This document shows, in pieces, positions 10,991-18,908 of a stretch of DNA of 64,000 nt; within the stretch, counting starts at the first letter, position 1, and each line of letters opens with the position of its first letter. A program made the position numbers and the translations under genes. The notes below the pieces were generated by a model. That model was not told the DNA's origin. It searched no databases and saw nothing but the letters and a program-made list of their open reading frames with translations. Source of the stretch: an uncultured Bacteroidales bacterium (GTDB lineage: Bacteria > Bacteroidota > Bacteroidia > Bacteroidales > UBA932); the NCBI GenBank assembly GCA_900319405.1, contig ONOH01000007.1:865-64864 (forward strand), in the 5' to 3' direction.

Positions 10991-12325
10991 ATGATCATTC
11001 CCCCAGCCCGCAGAACCTCATCTGTGAAAGAATACTATTTCTCCCTCAAGAACAGGGAAATCGCCGCGCTCAATGCCGACAGGGCCGCCCGTGGCCTGGA
11101 CCCGGTCATCAACCTGGGGGTCGGGTCGCCGGACGGAGCCCCTCCGGACGAGGCCGTGGAGGCCCTCTGCCGCTGCGCCCGCAACCCCCGCAACCACGGC
11201 TACCAGGCTTACACCGGCCTTCCGGAGCTTCGCGAAGCCATGGCCGACTGGTACCGCACGTGGTACGGCGTGACCCTGGACCCCTCCTCCGAGATTCAGC
11301 CCCTGATGGGCTCCAAAGAGGGCATCCTTCTGCTGTCGCTGGCCTTCCTGAACCCCGGCGACGGGGTGCTGGTGCCCAATCCCGGCTATCCCACCTACAC
11401 ATCGGCCGCCCGCCTGTGCGAGGCCCGGATTGTCCCTTACGACCTGGTGGAGGCCGACGGCTGGTACCCCGACTTCGAGGCCCTCGAGAAGCTGGACCTC
11501 GCGGGCGTAAAGATTATGTGGACCAATTATCCCAACATGCCCACGGGAGCCCCTGCCCGGGAGGATATCTTCGAAAAGCTGGTTGACTTTGCCCGCCGCC
11601 ACGGCATTCTCCTTGTCAATGACAACCCTTACAGCTTCATCCTCAACGAGCCCCGCTCCCTCCTGTCCGTCCCCGGTGCCCGCGAGTTCTGCCTGGAGAT
11701 GAACTCCCTGTCCAAGAGCCACAACATGGCCGGCTGGCGCATGGGAATGATGGTGGGTGCGGCCGATGTCATCCGGGAGCTCCTAAAGGTAAAGACCCAG
11801 ATGGACTCCGGAATGTTCCGGGGCATCCAGGAGGCGGCCGTTGAGGCGCTCCGGGCCCCGTCGGCCTGGTACGAGTCACTTGGTGCTGAGTACCGTCGCC
11901 GCCAGGGGGTGGCCCGCCGCATCATGGACAGCCTGGGCTGTACCTACGACCCCGCTGCCGGCGGCCTTTACGTCTGGGGCCGGGTTCCGTGTGCAAAAAC
12001 GGCCCCTGGTGCACACGGAGCTGCGAAAAAAGACTTTCCGTGTGCAAAAACGGCCCCTGGTGCACACGGAGCTGCGGAAAAAGACCTTCCGTGTGCAAAA
12101 ACGGCCCCTGGTGCACACGGAGTTGCCGTCCCCGGAGGGTCGCCCGCCGAGGCGTGGAGTGACCGCATCCTTTACGGGGCGGGCGTGTTCCTCACTCCGG
12201 GCTTCATCTTCGGCAGCGGCGGCGAGAATCATCTCCGCATCTCCCTCTGCGCAGACGTGCCTACCCTGGAACGGGCCCTGGAAAAAATAGCGTTTTTCAT
12301 AAACGCTGGAGAGTCAGATGTTTAG
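10991..12325 (+). CDS. Class I/II PLP-dependent aminotransferase in the aromatic amino acid operon, carrying an in-frame repeat insertion
   Basis: NLGVGSPD, GSKEG, NYPNMPTG, DNPY and SLSKSHNMAGWR (PLP lysine) motifs. Confidence 0.9.
   Translation: MIIPPARRTSSVKEYYFSLKNREIAALNADRAARGLDPVINLGVGSPDGAPPDEAVEALCRCARNPRNHGYQAYTGLPELREAMADWYRTWYGVTLDPSSEIQPLMGSKEGILLLSLAFLNPGDGVLVPNPGYPTYTSAARLCEARIVPYDLVEADGWYPDFEALEKLDLAGVKIMWTNYPNMPTGAPAREDIFEKLVDFARRHGILLVNDNPYSFILNEPRSLLSVPGAREFCLEMNSLSKSHNMAGWRMGMMVGAADVIRELLKVKTQMDSGMFRGIQEAAVEALRAPSAWYESLGAEYRRRQGVARRIMDSLGCTYDPAAGGLYVWGRVPCAKTAPGAHGAAKKDFPCAKTAPGAHGAAEKDLPCAKTAPGAHGVAVPGGSPAEAWSDRILYGAGVFLTPGFIFGSGGENHLRISLCADVPTLERALEKIAFFINAGESDV
11985..12122. 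repeat. Three tandem 51-bp units, each with a 34-bp palindrome, in frame in the aminotransferase
   Basis: TCCGTGTGCA-AAAACGGCCCCTGG-TGCACACGGA at 11986, 12037 and 12088. Confidence 0.95.
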
Positions 12326-12386
12326 CGAAAGTCCCCTATGTAAAAACGCAGGGGTAATGTGTAAAGAATCGGTAATGAGTGAATTA
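12300..12386. repeat. Degenerate copy of the tripartite element
   Basis: TAA-ACGCT-GGA-GAG-TCA-GATGT-TTA, 5-nt gap, AGTCCCCTATGTAAAAACGCAGGGGT core variant, then TAA-AGAAT-CGG-TAA-TGA-GTGAA-TTA. Confidence 0.6.
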
Positions 12387-13232
12387 ACGAAAACGGTAGG
12401 AGTGATCGGCCTGGGGCTTATCGGCGGGTCCATGGCCATCGACCTCAAGCGCCGCGGCTACGCGCAGACGGTGCTGGGCGTGGAGCAGGATTCCGTTGCG
12501 GCCGAGGCGGCCCGGACCATCGGCCTGGTGGACGAGACGGTCTCCTATGAAGACTGCATCCGCAGGGCCGATATCGTAGTGGTGGCTGTCCCGGTGAGCT
12601 CTGCCGTGAATCTGCTCCCTGACATCCTGGACCGCTTTACCGACGGGCAGATCGTCATCGACGTGTGCTCCACCAAGGGCCGGATCTGTCACGCGACGCA
12701 GTATCATCCCCGGCGGGGACAGTATGTGAGCACGCACCCGATGGCGGGAACGGAGTATTCCGGCCCCTGGGCGGCACAGCCGGGCCTTTTCGACGGGCGC
12801 GCCTGCATCTTTGCCGACAGCGAAAAGAGCAGCCCCCGGGCCTTGAAGGCCGTCGAGGAGCTGTATGATGTCCTCCACATGCGCCCCATCTATATGAACG
12901 CCGACCAGCACGACGTTCACACCGCCTACGTCTCCCACATCTCCCATATCACGTCCTTCGCCCTGGCTCTCACCGTCCTGGACAAGGAGAAGGACGAAAA
13001 GCATATCTTCGACCTGGCCTCCGGCGGCTTCTCCTCCACGGTGCGCCTGGCCAAGTCCAGTGCCGACATGTGGGTTCCCATCCTCTCCCAGAACCACGAC
13101 AATGTCCTCCGCGTGATGGATACCTACATCGGCAAGATGCAGGCCTTCCGCGATGCTGTGGCGGGCTATGACGAGGAAAAAATCCGGGAGCTCATCCGGG
13201 AGGCCAATAAGATCAAGAAGATTCTCCGCTGA
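12375..13232 (+). CDS. tyrA: Prephenate dehydrogenase
   Basis: GLGLIGGS Rossmann motif, DVCSTK, HPMAG.E and HD...AYVSH motifs. Start moved to ATG 12375. Confidence 0.92.
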   Translation: MSELTKTVGVIGLGLIGGSMAIDLKRRGYAQTVLGVEQDSVAAEAARTIGLVDETVSYEDCIRRADIVVVAVPVSSAVNLLPDILDRFTDGQIVIDVCSTKGRICHATQYHPRRGQYVSTHPMAGTEYSGPWAAQPGLFDGRACIFADSEKSSPRALKAVEELYDVLHMRPIYMNADQHDVHTAYVSHISHITSFALALTVLDKEKDEKHIFDLASGGFSSTVRLAKSSADMWVPILSQNHDNVLRVMDTYIGKMQAFRDAVAGYDEEKIRELIREANKIKKILR

Positions 13233-13250
13233 CAATCAGAATGACAGAAT

Positions 13251-14342
13251 ATGACACACGAACTTGACATCATACCCGGGACCGAGTGGGGTTTTTTCAC
13301 CCTTCCGCGCCCCATGTGCATTGCAGGCCCGTGCAGTGCCGAGACCGAGGAGCAGGTGATGGAAACCGCCCGCGGTCTCAGTGAATTCGGGATTCACGTT
13401 TTCCGCGCCGGCATCTGGAAGCCGCGCACCCATCCGGGCTCTTTCGAGGGGGTGGGTGTGACCGGCCTCAAGTGGCTCAACAAGGTAAAGGAAACCTACG
13501 GAATGAAGGTGTGCACGGAAGTGGCCACCGAAAAACACGTGCGGGAGTGCATCAATTACGGGGTGGACATCATCTGGATAGGCGCCCGCACCAGCACCAA
13601 CCCCTTCCTGATGCAGGAGATTGCCGACGCCCTTTCCGGCACCGACATCCCCGTCCTGGTGAAAAACCCCGTGAACCCGGACCTGGACCTGTGGGTGGGC
13701 GCCCTGGAGCGCCTGAACCGGGCCGGCATCCGCAAGCTGGGCGTGGTGCACCGGGGTTTTTCCACATCGGCCAGTATCCCGTACCGCAACGACCCCGGCT
13801 GGAAGATTGCCATCGAACTGCGCACCCGCTATCCGCAGATGGCGTTTTTTGCCGACCCGTCCCATATGGCGGGAGACCGCCGTTACCTGCAGGAGCTTTC
13901 CCAGCGTGCGATGGACCTGGGCCTGGACGGGCTGATGGTGGAAAGCCACTGCAACCCCTCCTGCGCCTGGAGCGATGCCCGGCAACAGCTCACCCCGCAG
14001 GATTTGAGGACCCTTCTGGAGCGCCTCGTCATCCGCGAAAACAGTTCCGAGGACAAAAACTACAGAGATGGGATTGACACCCTTCGCGCCCGCATCGATG
14101 TCATCGACGAGCAGCTGCTGACCCTCCTTCAGGAACGGATGGAAGTGAGCCGCAGCATCGGCCGTTACAAAAAAGAGCACAACGTGGCCATTCTTCAGGC
14201 GGTCCGATGGGAGCAAATCCTGTCCGATATGGTAAAGCGCGCCGACGCAATGGACATCTCCAGGGAGGCCGTCCTGGCCATCATGACCGCCATTCACGAC
14301 GAATCCGTGAGGGTTCAGAACAAGATTTTGGAACAATTATGA
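13251..14342 (+). CDS. Bifunctional DAHP synthase / chorismate mutase
   Basis: IAGPCSAE, RAGIWKPRT, IGART and DPSH motifs; C-terminal LRARIDVIDEQLL chorismate mutase domain. Confidence 0.93.
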   Translation: MTHELDIIPGTEWGFFTLPRPMCIAGPCSAETEEQVMETARGLSEFGIHVFRAGIWKPRTHPGSFEGVGVTGLKWLNKVKETYGMKVCTEVATEKHVRECINYGVDIIWIGARTSTNPFLMQEIADALSGTDIPVLVKNPVNPDLDLWVGALERLNRAGIRKLGVVHRGFSTSASIPYRNDPGWKIAIELRTRYPQMAFFADPSHMAGDRRYLQELSQRAMDLGLDGLMVESHCNPSCAWSDARQQLTPQDLRTLLERLVIRENSSEDKNYRDGIDTLRARIDVIDEQLLTLLQERMEVSRSIGRYKKEHNVAILQAVRWEQILSDMVKRADAMDISREAVLAIMTAIHDESVRVQNKILEQL

Positions 14343-14971
14343 CACTTGCATGGGAACTGACCATCCGTTTGGTGGGTGCCGGGCTGCTGGGAGCGGTGAT
14401 CGGCATTGAAAGAGAATTACGGGCCAAGGGTGCCGGCATCCGCACCCACGTGCTGGTTGCGCTGGGCGCATCCCTGTTTATGCTGATTTCCCAGTTCGGC
14501 TTCCCGGAGGCGGAGCGCTTCGATGCGGCCCGCATTGCGGCGGGCGTGGTGGGCGGCCTGGGTTTCCTGGGCGGCGGCCTCATCATGAAAACCAAGAGCC
14601 ACATCAGCGGCCTCACCACGGCGGCCGGCCTGTGGGTGACGGGTGCCATCGGCCTGGCGATGGGAAGCGGGATGTATGAACTGTCCATCCTCTGTGCCGT
14701 GCTGATGATTGTCTGCATGGAGGTCATCAGCCTTTATACGGTAAAGGTGGGGCATCAGGAGGTGTCCATCGTCCTGGCATCGGCCGATGAAAAAGCCCTT
14801 CACGATGCCATCGACGGCTTTGGAAAACAGGTGCACCGGATCAATTTCAGCAAACACGAAGGCAAGTACCAGGCCGAGATTTTCCTGGTTACGCCCAAGC
14901 GGCTGGGCGGACTGGATCTTTTCAACCGGCTCACGACCCTGGAAGGCGTGGAGTTAATCAGTATGGAATAA
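14339..14971 (+). CDS. MgtC/SapB family membrane protein
   Basis: IGIERE...[19 protein letters not shown] and GLTTAAGLW motifs. Confidence 0.9.
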   Translation: MTLAWELTIRLVGAGLLGAVIGIERELRAKGAGIRTHVLVALGASLFMLISQFGFPEAERFDAARIAAGVVGGLGFLGGGLIMKTKSHISGLTTAAGLWVTGAIGLAMGSGMYELSILCAVLMIVCMEVISLYTVKVGHQEVSIVLASADEKALHDAIDGFGKQVHRINFSKHEGKYQAEIFLVTPKRLGGLDLFNRLTTLEGVELISME

Positions 14972-14972
14972 A

Positions 14973-15962
14973 ATGGAAAGACAAATCAGCACTATCGGAG
15001 TTCTTACCTCGGGCGGAGACGCACCGGGTATGAATGCGGCCATCCGGGCTGTCACACGCTCGGCCCGCTTCCACAATATGAATGTAATCGGCGTAATGAG
15101 GGGCTATCAGGGCCTTATCGACAAGGAGTTCGTGAAATTCACCTCCTCGTCGGTGTCCAACACCATCCAGCGCGGCGGCACCATCCTGAAGACCGCCCGC
15201 TGCCAGGCATTCCTCACCGCGGAGGGCCGGAAAAAGGCCTATGACAATATGCTGGAGGCCGGGATCGACGCGCTGGTGGTCATCGGCGGCAACGGTTCCC
15301 TCACCGGCGCCCAGCTCTTTGCACGGGAGTACGACATCCCCGTCATCGGCCTTCCCGGCACCATCGACAACGACCTGTACGGCACGGATTCCACCATCGG
15401 CTACGACAGCGCGCTCAACACCATCGTGGAGTGCGTGGACAAAATCCGCGACACCGCCAACAGCCACGACCGCGTATTTTTCGTGGAGGTGATGGGGCGG
15501 GATGCCGGCTTCCTCGCGCAGAACAGCGCCATCGCTTCCGGGGCCGAGGCCGCCATCATCCCCGAAGGCAAGACAGATGTTGACCAGCTGGCCGAATTCA
15601 TCGAACGGGGCAAGCGTAAGAGCAAGAACAGCGCCATCGTGCTGGTGAGCGAATCGCAGAAGGACGGCAAGGGCGGCGCCCTGTATTATGCCGACCGTGT
15701 CAAGAATGAGTATCCCCAGCTGGGCTCCCACGTCACCATCCTGGGTCACCTGCAGCGCGGCGGAACCCCCAGCGCCTACGACCGTATCCTGGCCTCGCGG
15801 ATGGGCTATGCCGCCATCGAAGCCCTCCTGGAAGGGCAGCGCAACGTGATGATCGGCATCAAGAACGACGAGATTGTGTACGTCCCCATCTCCAAGGCCG
15901 TCAAGATGGACAAACCCATCAACCAGGAACTCATCGCCGTCCTGAACGTGCTGTCGATGTAG
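14973..15962 (+). CDS. pfkA: ATP-dependent 6-phosphofructokinase
   Basis: [34 protein letters not shown] and LGHLQRGG motifs. Confidence 0.97.
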   Translation: MERQISTIGVLTSGGDAPGMNAAIRAVTRSARFHNMNVIGVMRGYQGLIDKEFVKFTSSSVSNTIQRGGTILKTARCQAFLTAEGRKKAYDNMLEAGIDALVVIGGNGSLTGAQLFAREYDIPVIGLPGTIDNDLYGTDSTIGYDSALNTIVECVDKIRDTANSHDRVFFVEVMGRDAGFLAQNSAIASGAEAAIIPEGKTDVDQLAEFIERGKRKSKNSAIVLVSESQKDGKGGALYYADRVKNEYPQLGSHVTILGHLQRGGTPSAYDRILASRMGYAAIEALLEGQRNVMIGIKNDEIVYVPISKAVKMDKPINQELIAVLNVLSM

Positions 15963-15987
15963 CGGCCTGTCGGGGAGGCGATATCAG

Positions 15988-16076
15988 TAAACGACTGACA
16001 CTCAGTCGTTTACTAATAATCCTCTGCGCAAAAAGTGCAGAGGATTATCCATAAAATATTGACACTCAATATTTTA
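15988..16076. repeat. 89-bp tripartite palindromic element, copy 3
   Basis: Arms 15988-16012 and 16052-16076 are both perfect dyads; core 16018-16046. Between convergent pfkA and lpxK. Confidence 0.95.
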
Positions 16077-16083
16077 TGGATTT

Positions 16084-17079
16084 CTATTGGGTAACGGCCA
16101 AAATCTCCTGGGTAAAGGCCTCCTCCTCTTCCGGGGTGAGGAAGGCGGCTTCGATGGGAATGTAGAAAAGGCGCTGGCGGATGGCTTCGGGCACGTTTTG
16201 GCAGTCCCTCAGCCGCTGGGCGTCTTTTTCTGTGGTCATCAGGCAGGCTGTGGCTGATTTCCTGACGGCCGAGGCCAGTTCCCGGATGTCTCCCCGGGTG
16301 TAGCGATGATGGTCCGGCAGGCTGATGCATCGGCCCACTTTATAGCTGTCCGAGAGGTAGTTGCGAAGCAGGGTGTTGTGGGCGATGCCGGTAACGAGGA
16401 TGCACTTCTTGGAATACACGTAATGCGGATCCGCGTCCGGGAATACCGGAACGGGGGCGGTGTAGCGAAGGGTTGTGAAATGCAGCGGATGCTCCGGGGA
16501 AAGGCGCAGTCGGCGGCGCCACTTCTCCCGCTCCTCGTCGTCCAGGTAGGCGGGGCATTTGGTTACCACCACGATGTCGGCCTTTTTCAGGCGGGAGGGG
16601 AGGTCCCTCAACCGTCCCCAGGGCAGGAGCCGGTCTTTGTACACGGGGTGGTTGTAATCCACCAGCACGATGCTCAGGCTGGGCTGCAGGCGGCGGTACT
16701 GGAAGGCGTCGTCCAGAACGATGACCCCCGCCTCCCGGAGCTGCTCGCACCCGCGTACGCGGTCTTTGTCCACGGCTACGGCGATGTCAGGAAACTTGCG
16801 GGCCATCTGCACGGGCTCGTCCCCGTACAGGTAGGCCGATCCGTCGTGGGGAACCCTCTGGAAGCCTTTCAGCTTGCGTTTGTAACCCCGCGACAGCACG
16901 GCGGGCTGTTTCCAGTTGGCCGTCAGGAGACGCAGAAGAAGTTCCACGTGGGGCGTTTTCCCCGTTCCGCCGACGGTCACGTTGCCCACGCAGATGCTAG
17001 GGACCGGGGCGGATAAACTCTTTTTCCATCCTTTGTCGTACAGGAAATGCCTTATTCTTAGAACGAGTCCGTAAATCAT
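16084..17079 (-). CDS. lpxK: Tetraacyldisaccharide 4'-kinase
   Basis: VGNVTVGGTGKTP, LSRGYKR, GDEP, LDDAFQY and TTEKDA motifs. Start moved to ATG 17079. Confidence 0.93.
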   Translation of the reverse strand: MIYGLVLRIRHFLYDKGWKKSLSAPVPSICVGNVTVGGTGKTPHVELLLRLLTANWKQPAVLSRGYKRKLKGFQRVPHDGSAYLYGDEPVQMARKFPDIAVAVDKDRVRGCEQLREAGVIVLDDAFQYRRLQPSLSIVLVDYNHPVYKDRLLPWGRLRDLPSRLKKADIVVVTKCPAYLDDEEREKWRRRLRLSPEHPLHFTTLRYTAPVPVFPDADPHYVYSKKCILVTGIAHNTLLRNYLSDSYKVGRCISLPDHHRYTRGDIRELASAVRKSATACLMTTEKDAQRLRDCQNVPEAIRQRLFYIPIEAAFLTPEEEEAFTQEILAVTQ

Positions 17080-17132
17080 ATCATACAAAGGTAGCCATTC
17101 CTATGATGATTTCATAGAGTACTTTTACTCTT

Positions 17133-18092
17133 TTAGGCAAATCGGGATATTTTCTTGTTCCGTTCCATAGGTTGTAGTCTTCTATAAAGGAGGTCGATGT
17201 ATGAGGCCTTGAGTTCATCTGACAGGAAAGAATCCCGTATTTCCTCTTCAAACTTAGGGAGAAGGCCTAGATACTTCTTCTTGATCCGGTCGAAGACAAT
17301 CTCAGGAACGCTACAGGTCTTGAATGCGGCAATGAAGTCTGAGTCTTTGATGTGCTTCTTTTTTCCATTAAGGTTCAGGGCCAATTCTTCGTCATCGGCG
17401 GGATTGCTTATGGCAGCGCTCAACAGATCGTATGCAGGAGCAAGAACAGGTTCGCCGGCTGGAGAATACAGAGAGAAGTTCTTCAGGTGCATATCGTTAT
17501 TCCCGGTAAGCCAGGAGAAAAACACCAACTCCAGGAAATCCACCATATCCAATTGAGGGAAGGCGGAGTATTTCCGGAGGGCTTTCCCAATCTGCTCGTA
17601 TGAGCTCCGGTACTTATGCTCTGTCTGCCGCTCTGTAAGCTGGCACATATCCTCCATCGCAATCTTCTCCCCGTTTTTCGTCCGGTCAATTCGCTTGGTC
17701 AGGTAGCCGATGCTGCCATCCTTCATCCGGATAAGCGTATGGGGAACGATCTTCAGCTTGGCGATTTCGGCCAGATGCATGGTAAGATCTTCATTCTCGG
17801 GCAACATCGCGAAGCGCTCAGTCTGAGGTTTGAAGATATAACCGCCCCAGAGTCCCACAATGGTAAGTTTCTGGCAATCCTTATGCTTGTCGAGATTCAG
17901 GGACAGTTTTGGCTGGACGCCTGTCAACGTGGTTTGTGACTTGATGACTTGGGCTGCCAGGTCGTCCATCTCTTCGCGGGTGTAATCCAAAACGGGGGCT
18001 GTCGCCGTTCCAAAAAACTTCCGGCAACAGGACTTATGGAAATCAAGCTCTCTCGGGCCGAGTTCCTTATAGCAGAATAAACACTTACTCAT
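17133..18092 (-). CDS. HipA-family kinase toxin (C-terminal domain protein)
   Basis: GVQPK, YIFKP, ENEDLTM, MEDMCQ, GNNDMHLKNFS and LAPAYD motifs. Confidence 0.92.
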   Translation of the reverse strand: MSKCLFCYKELGPRELDFHKSCCRKFFGTATAPVLDYTREEMDDLAAQVIKSQTTLTGVQPKLSLNLDKHKDCQKLTIVGLWGGYIFKPQTERFAMLPENEDLTMHLAEIAKLKIVPHTLIRMKDGSIGYLTKRIDRTKNGEKIAMEDMCQLTERQTEHKYRSSYEQIGKALRKYSAFPQLDMVDFLELVFFSWLTGNNDMHLKNFSLYSPAGEPVLAPAYDLLSAAISNPADDEELALNLNGKKKHIKDSDFIAAFKTCSVPEIVFDRIKKKYLGLLPKFEEEIRDSFLSDELKASYIDLLYRRLQPMERNKKISRFA

Positions 18093-18417
18093 CACCATCC
18101 TCCTTTATCGGAATAACACCGACCGCGCCGATGCAGTCCTTACAGCATAGAAGCAGAAGGGAGAACCTGTCCAGTTCACTGATATCCGTGTTACGCAGGG
18201 CCACATCCAAAAGCCAACCCTCCGGAATCAGTCCGTCGAAGAACGGAAAAAGAATCGGAGACTTGTAGGGCTTTTCCGTCAAAGGAAGGGTAAGGCTGAC
18301 GGGTTTGGCTTCGGCATCGGAAAGATATGCTGCATCATAGAGGAATTCATAGCCTTCGTCTGTCTCTTTCAAGATCCCGGCCGGTTTCCCTTTGTATTCA
18401 ATCAATGCTGTTTTCAT
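18085..18417 (-). CDS. HipA N-terminal (couple_hipA / HipS-like) domain protein
   Basis: AG.L.E...GY.F.Y, PVSLTLP, LFPFFDGLIPEGW and DCIGAV motifs. Confidence 0.9.
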   Translation of the reverse strand: MKTALIEYKGKPAGILKETDEGYEFLYDAAYLSDAEAKPVSLTLPLTEKPYKSPILFPFFDGLIPEGWLLDVALRNTDISELDRFSLLLLCCKDCIGAVGVIPIKEDGDE

Positions 18418-18620
18418 TTCACCTTCTTTTGAGGAACCAGTTCGTATCCGAATAGATCAAATACCTGGGCAACTTTGTCCATCCGCACCGTGGCTTTGCC
18501 CTGCTCCAATTCGCGCACGAAGTTCAGGCCGACACCGGACTTCATCGCCAGATCCACCTGCGTAAGACCATGCTCCTTCCGCAAGGCTTTTAATGTTGAA
18601 GATATGGCGTTATTACTCAT
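18414..18620 (-). CDS. XRE helix-turn-helix regulator (HipB-like)
   Basis: LRKEHGLTQVDLA..SGVG..FVRELEQGK.T.RMDKV pattern. Confidence 0.9.
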   Translation of the reverse strand: MSNNAISSTLKALRKEHGLTQVDLAMKSGVGLNFVRELEQGKATVRMDKVAQVFDLFGYELVPQKKVK

Positions 18621-18623
18621 AAT

Positions 18624-18722
18624 TACATTCGCTTGGATGCAAATATAAGAAATAAAAACAAAACTACATCATAACGAATGTAAATAATGCGCAGAAAAAT
18701 CGATTACATCCGAAAGGGTATA
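18624..18722 (-). promoter_or_regulatory. Three 18-bp operator-like dyads and the -7 promoter box of the hip module
   Basis: TACATTCGCTTGGATGCA (18624), TACATCATAACGAATGTA (18665), TACATCCGAAAGGGTATA (18705); TATATTTG at 18640-18647 (-). Confidence 0.7.
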
Positions 18723-18769
18723 ACTCCAGGACATCCATAGTATTCTACATGTTGTGGAGATTCCATAGG

Positions 18770-18801
18770 AAAATACCTGCGGCTTCGGGGGCCGCAGGTA
18801 T
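18770..18801 (-). terminator. Probable intrinsic terminator downstream of the pilin-like gene
   Basis: ATACCTGCGGC-N7-GCCGCAGGTAT stem with a short T-run on the - strand. Confidence 0.65.
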
Positions 18802-18822
18802 GGCTGTTGTTTCAGATGCCGC

Positions 18823-18906
18823 TGTCACTTCGGACGGCACACCCTGTCGCTCTGAACATAGCCTGTCGCTCCGGGCATACTATGTCACTCTGAGCGAAGC
18901 GAAGGA
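18823..18906. repeat. Four tandem REP head motifs (TGTCRCTYYG), the last extending into a nearly full REP unit
   Basis: Heads at 18823, 18845, 18864 and 18883; the last reads TGTCACTCTGAGCGAAGCGAAGGA. Confidence 0.65.
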
Positions 18907-18908
18907 GG

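Noticed and set aside
11985-12122. CRISPR array (34-bp palindromic repeat, three copies)
   Set aside because: The 17-nt spacers are near-identical, the array is in frame inside a CDS, and no cas genes are present.
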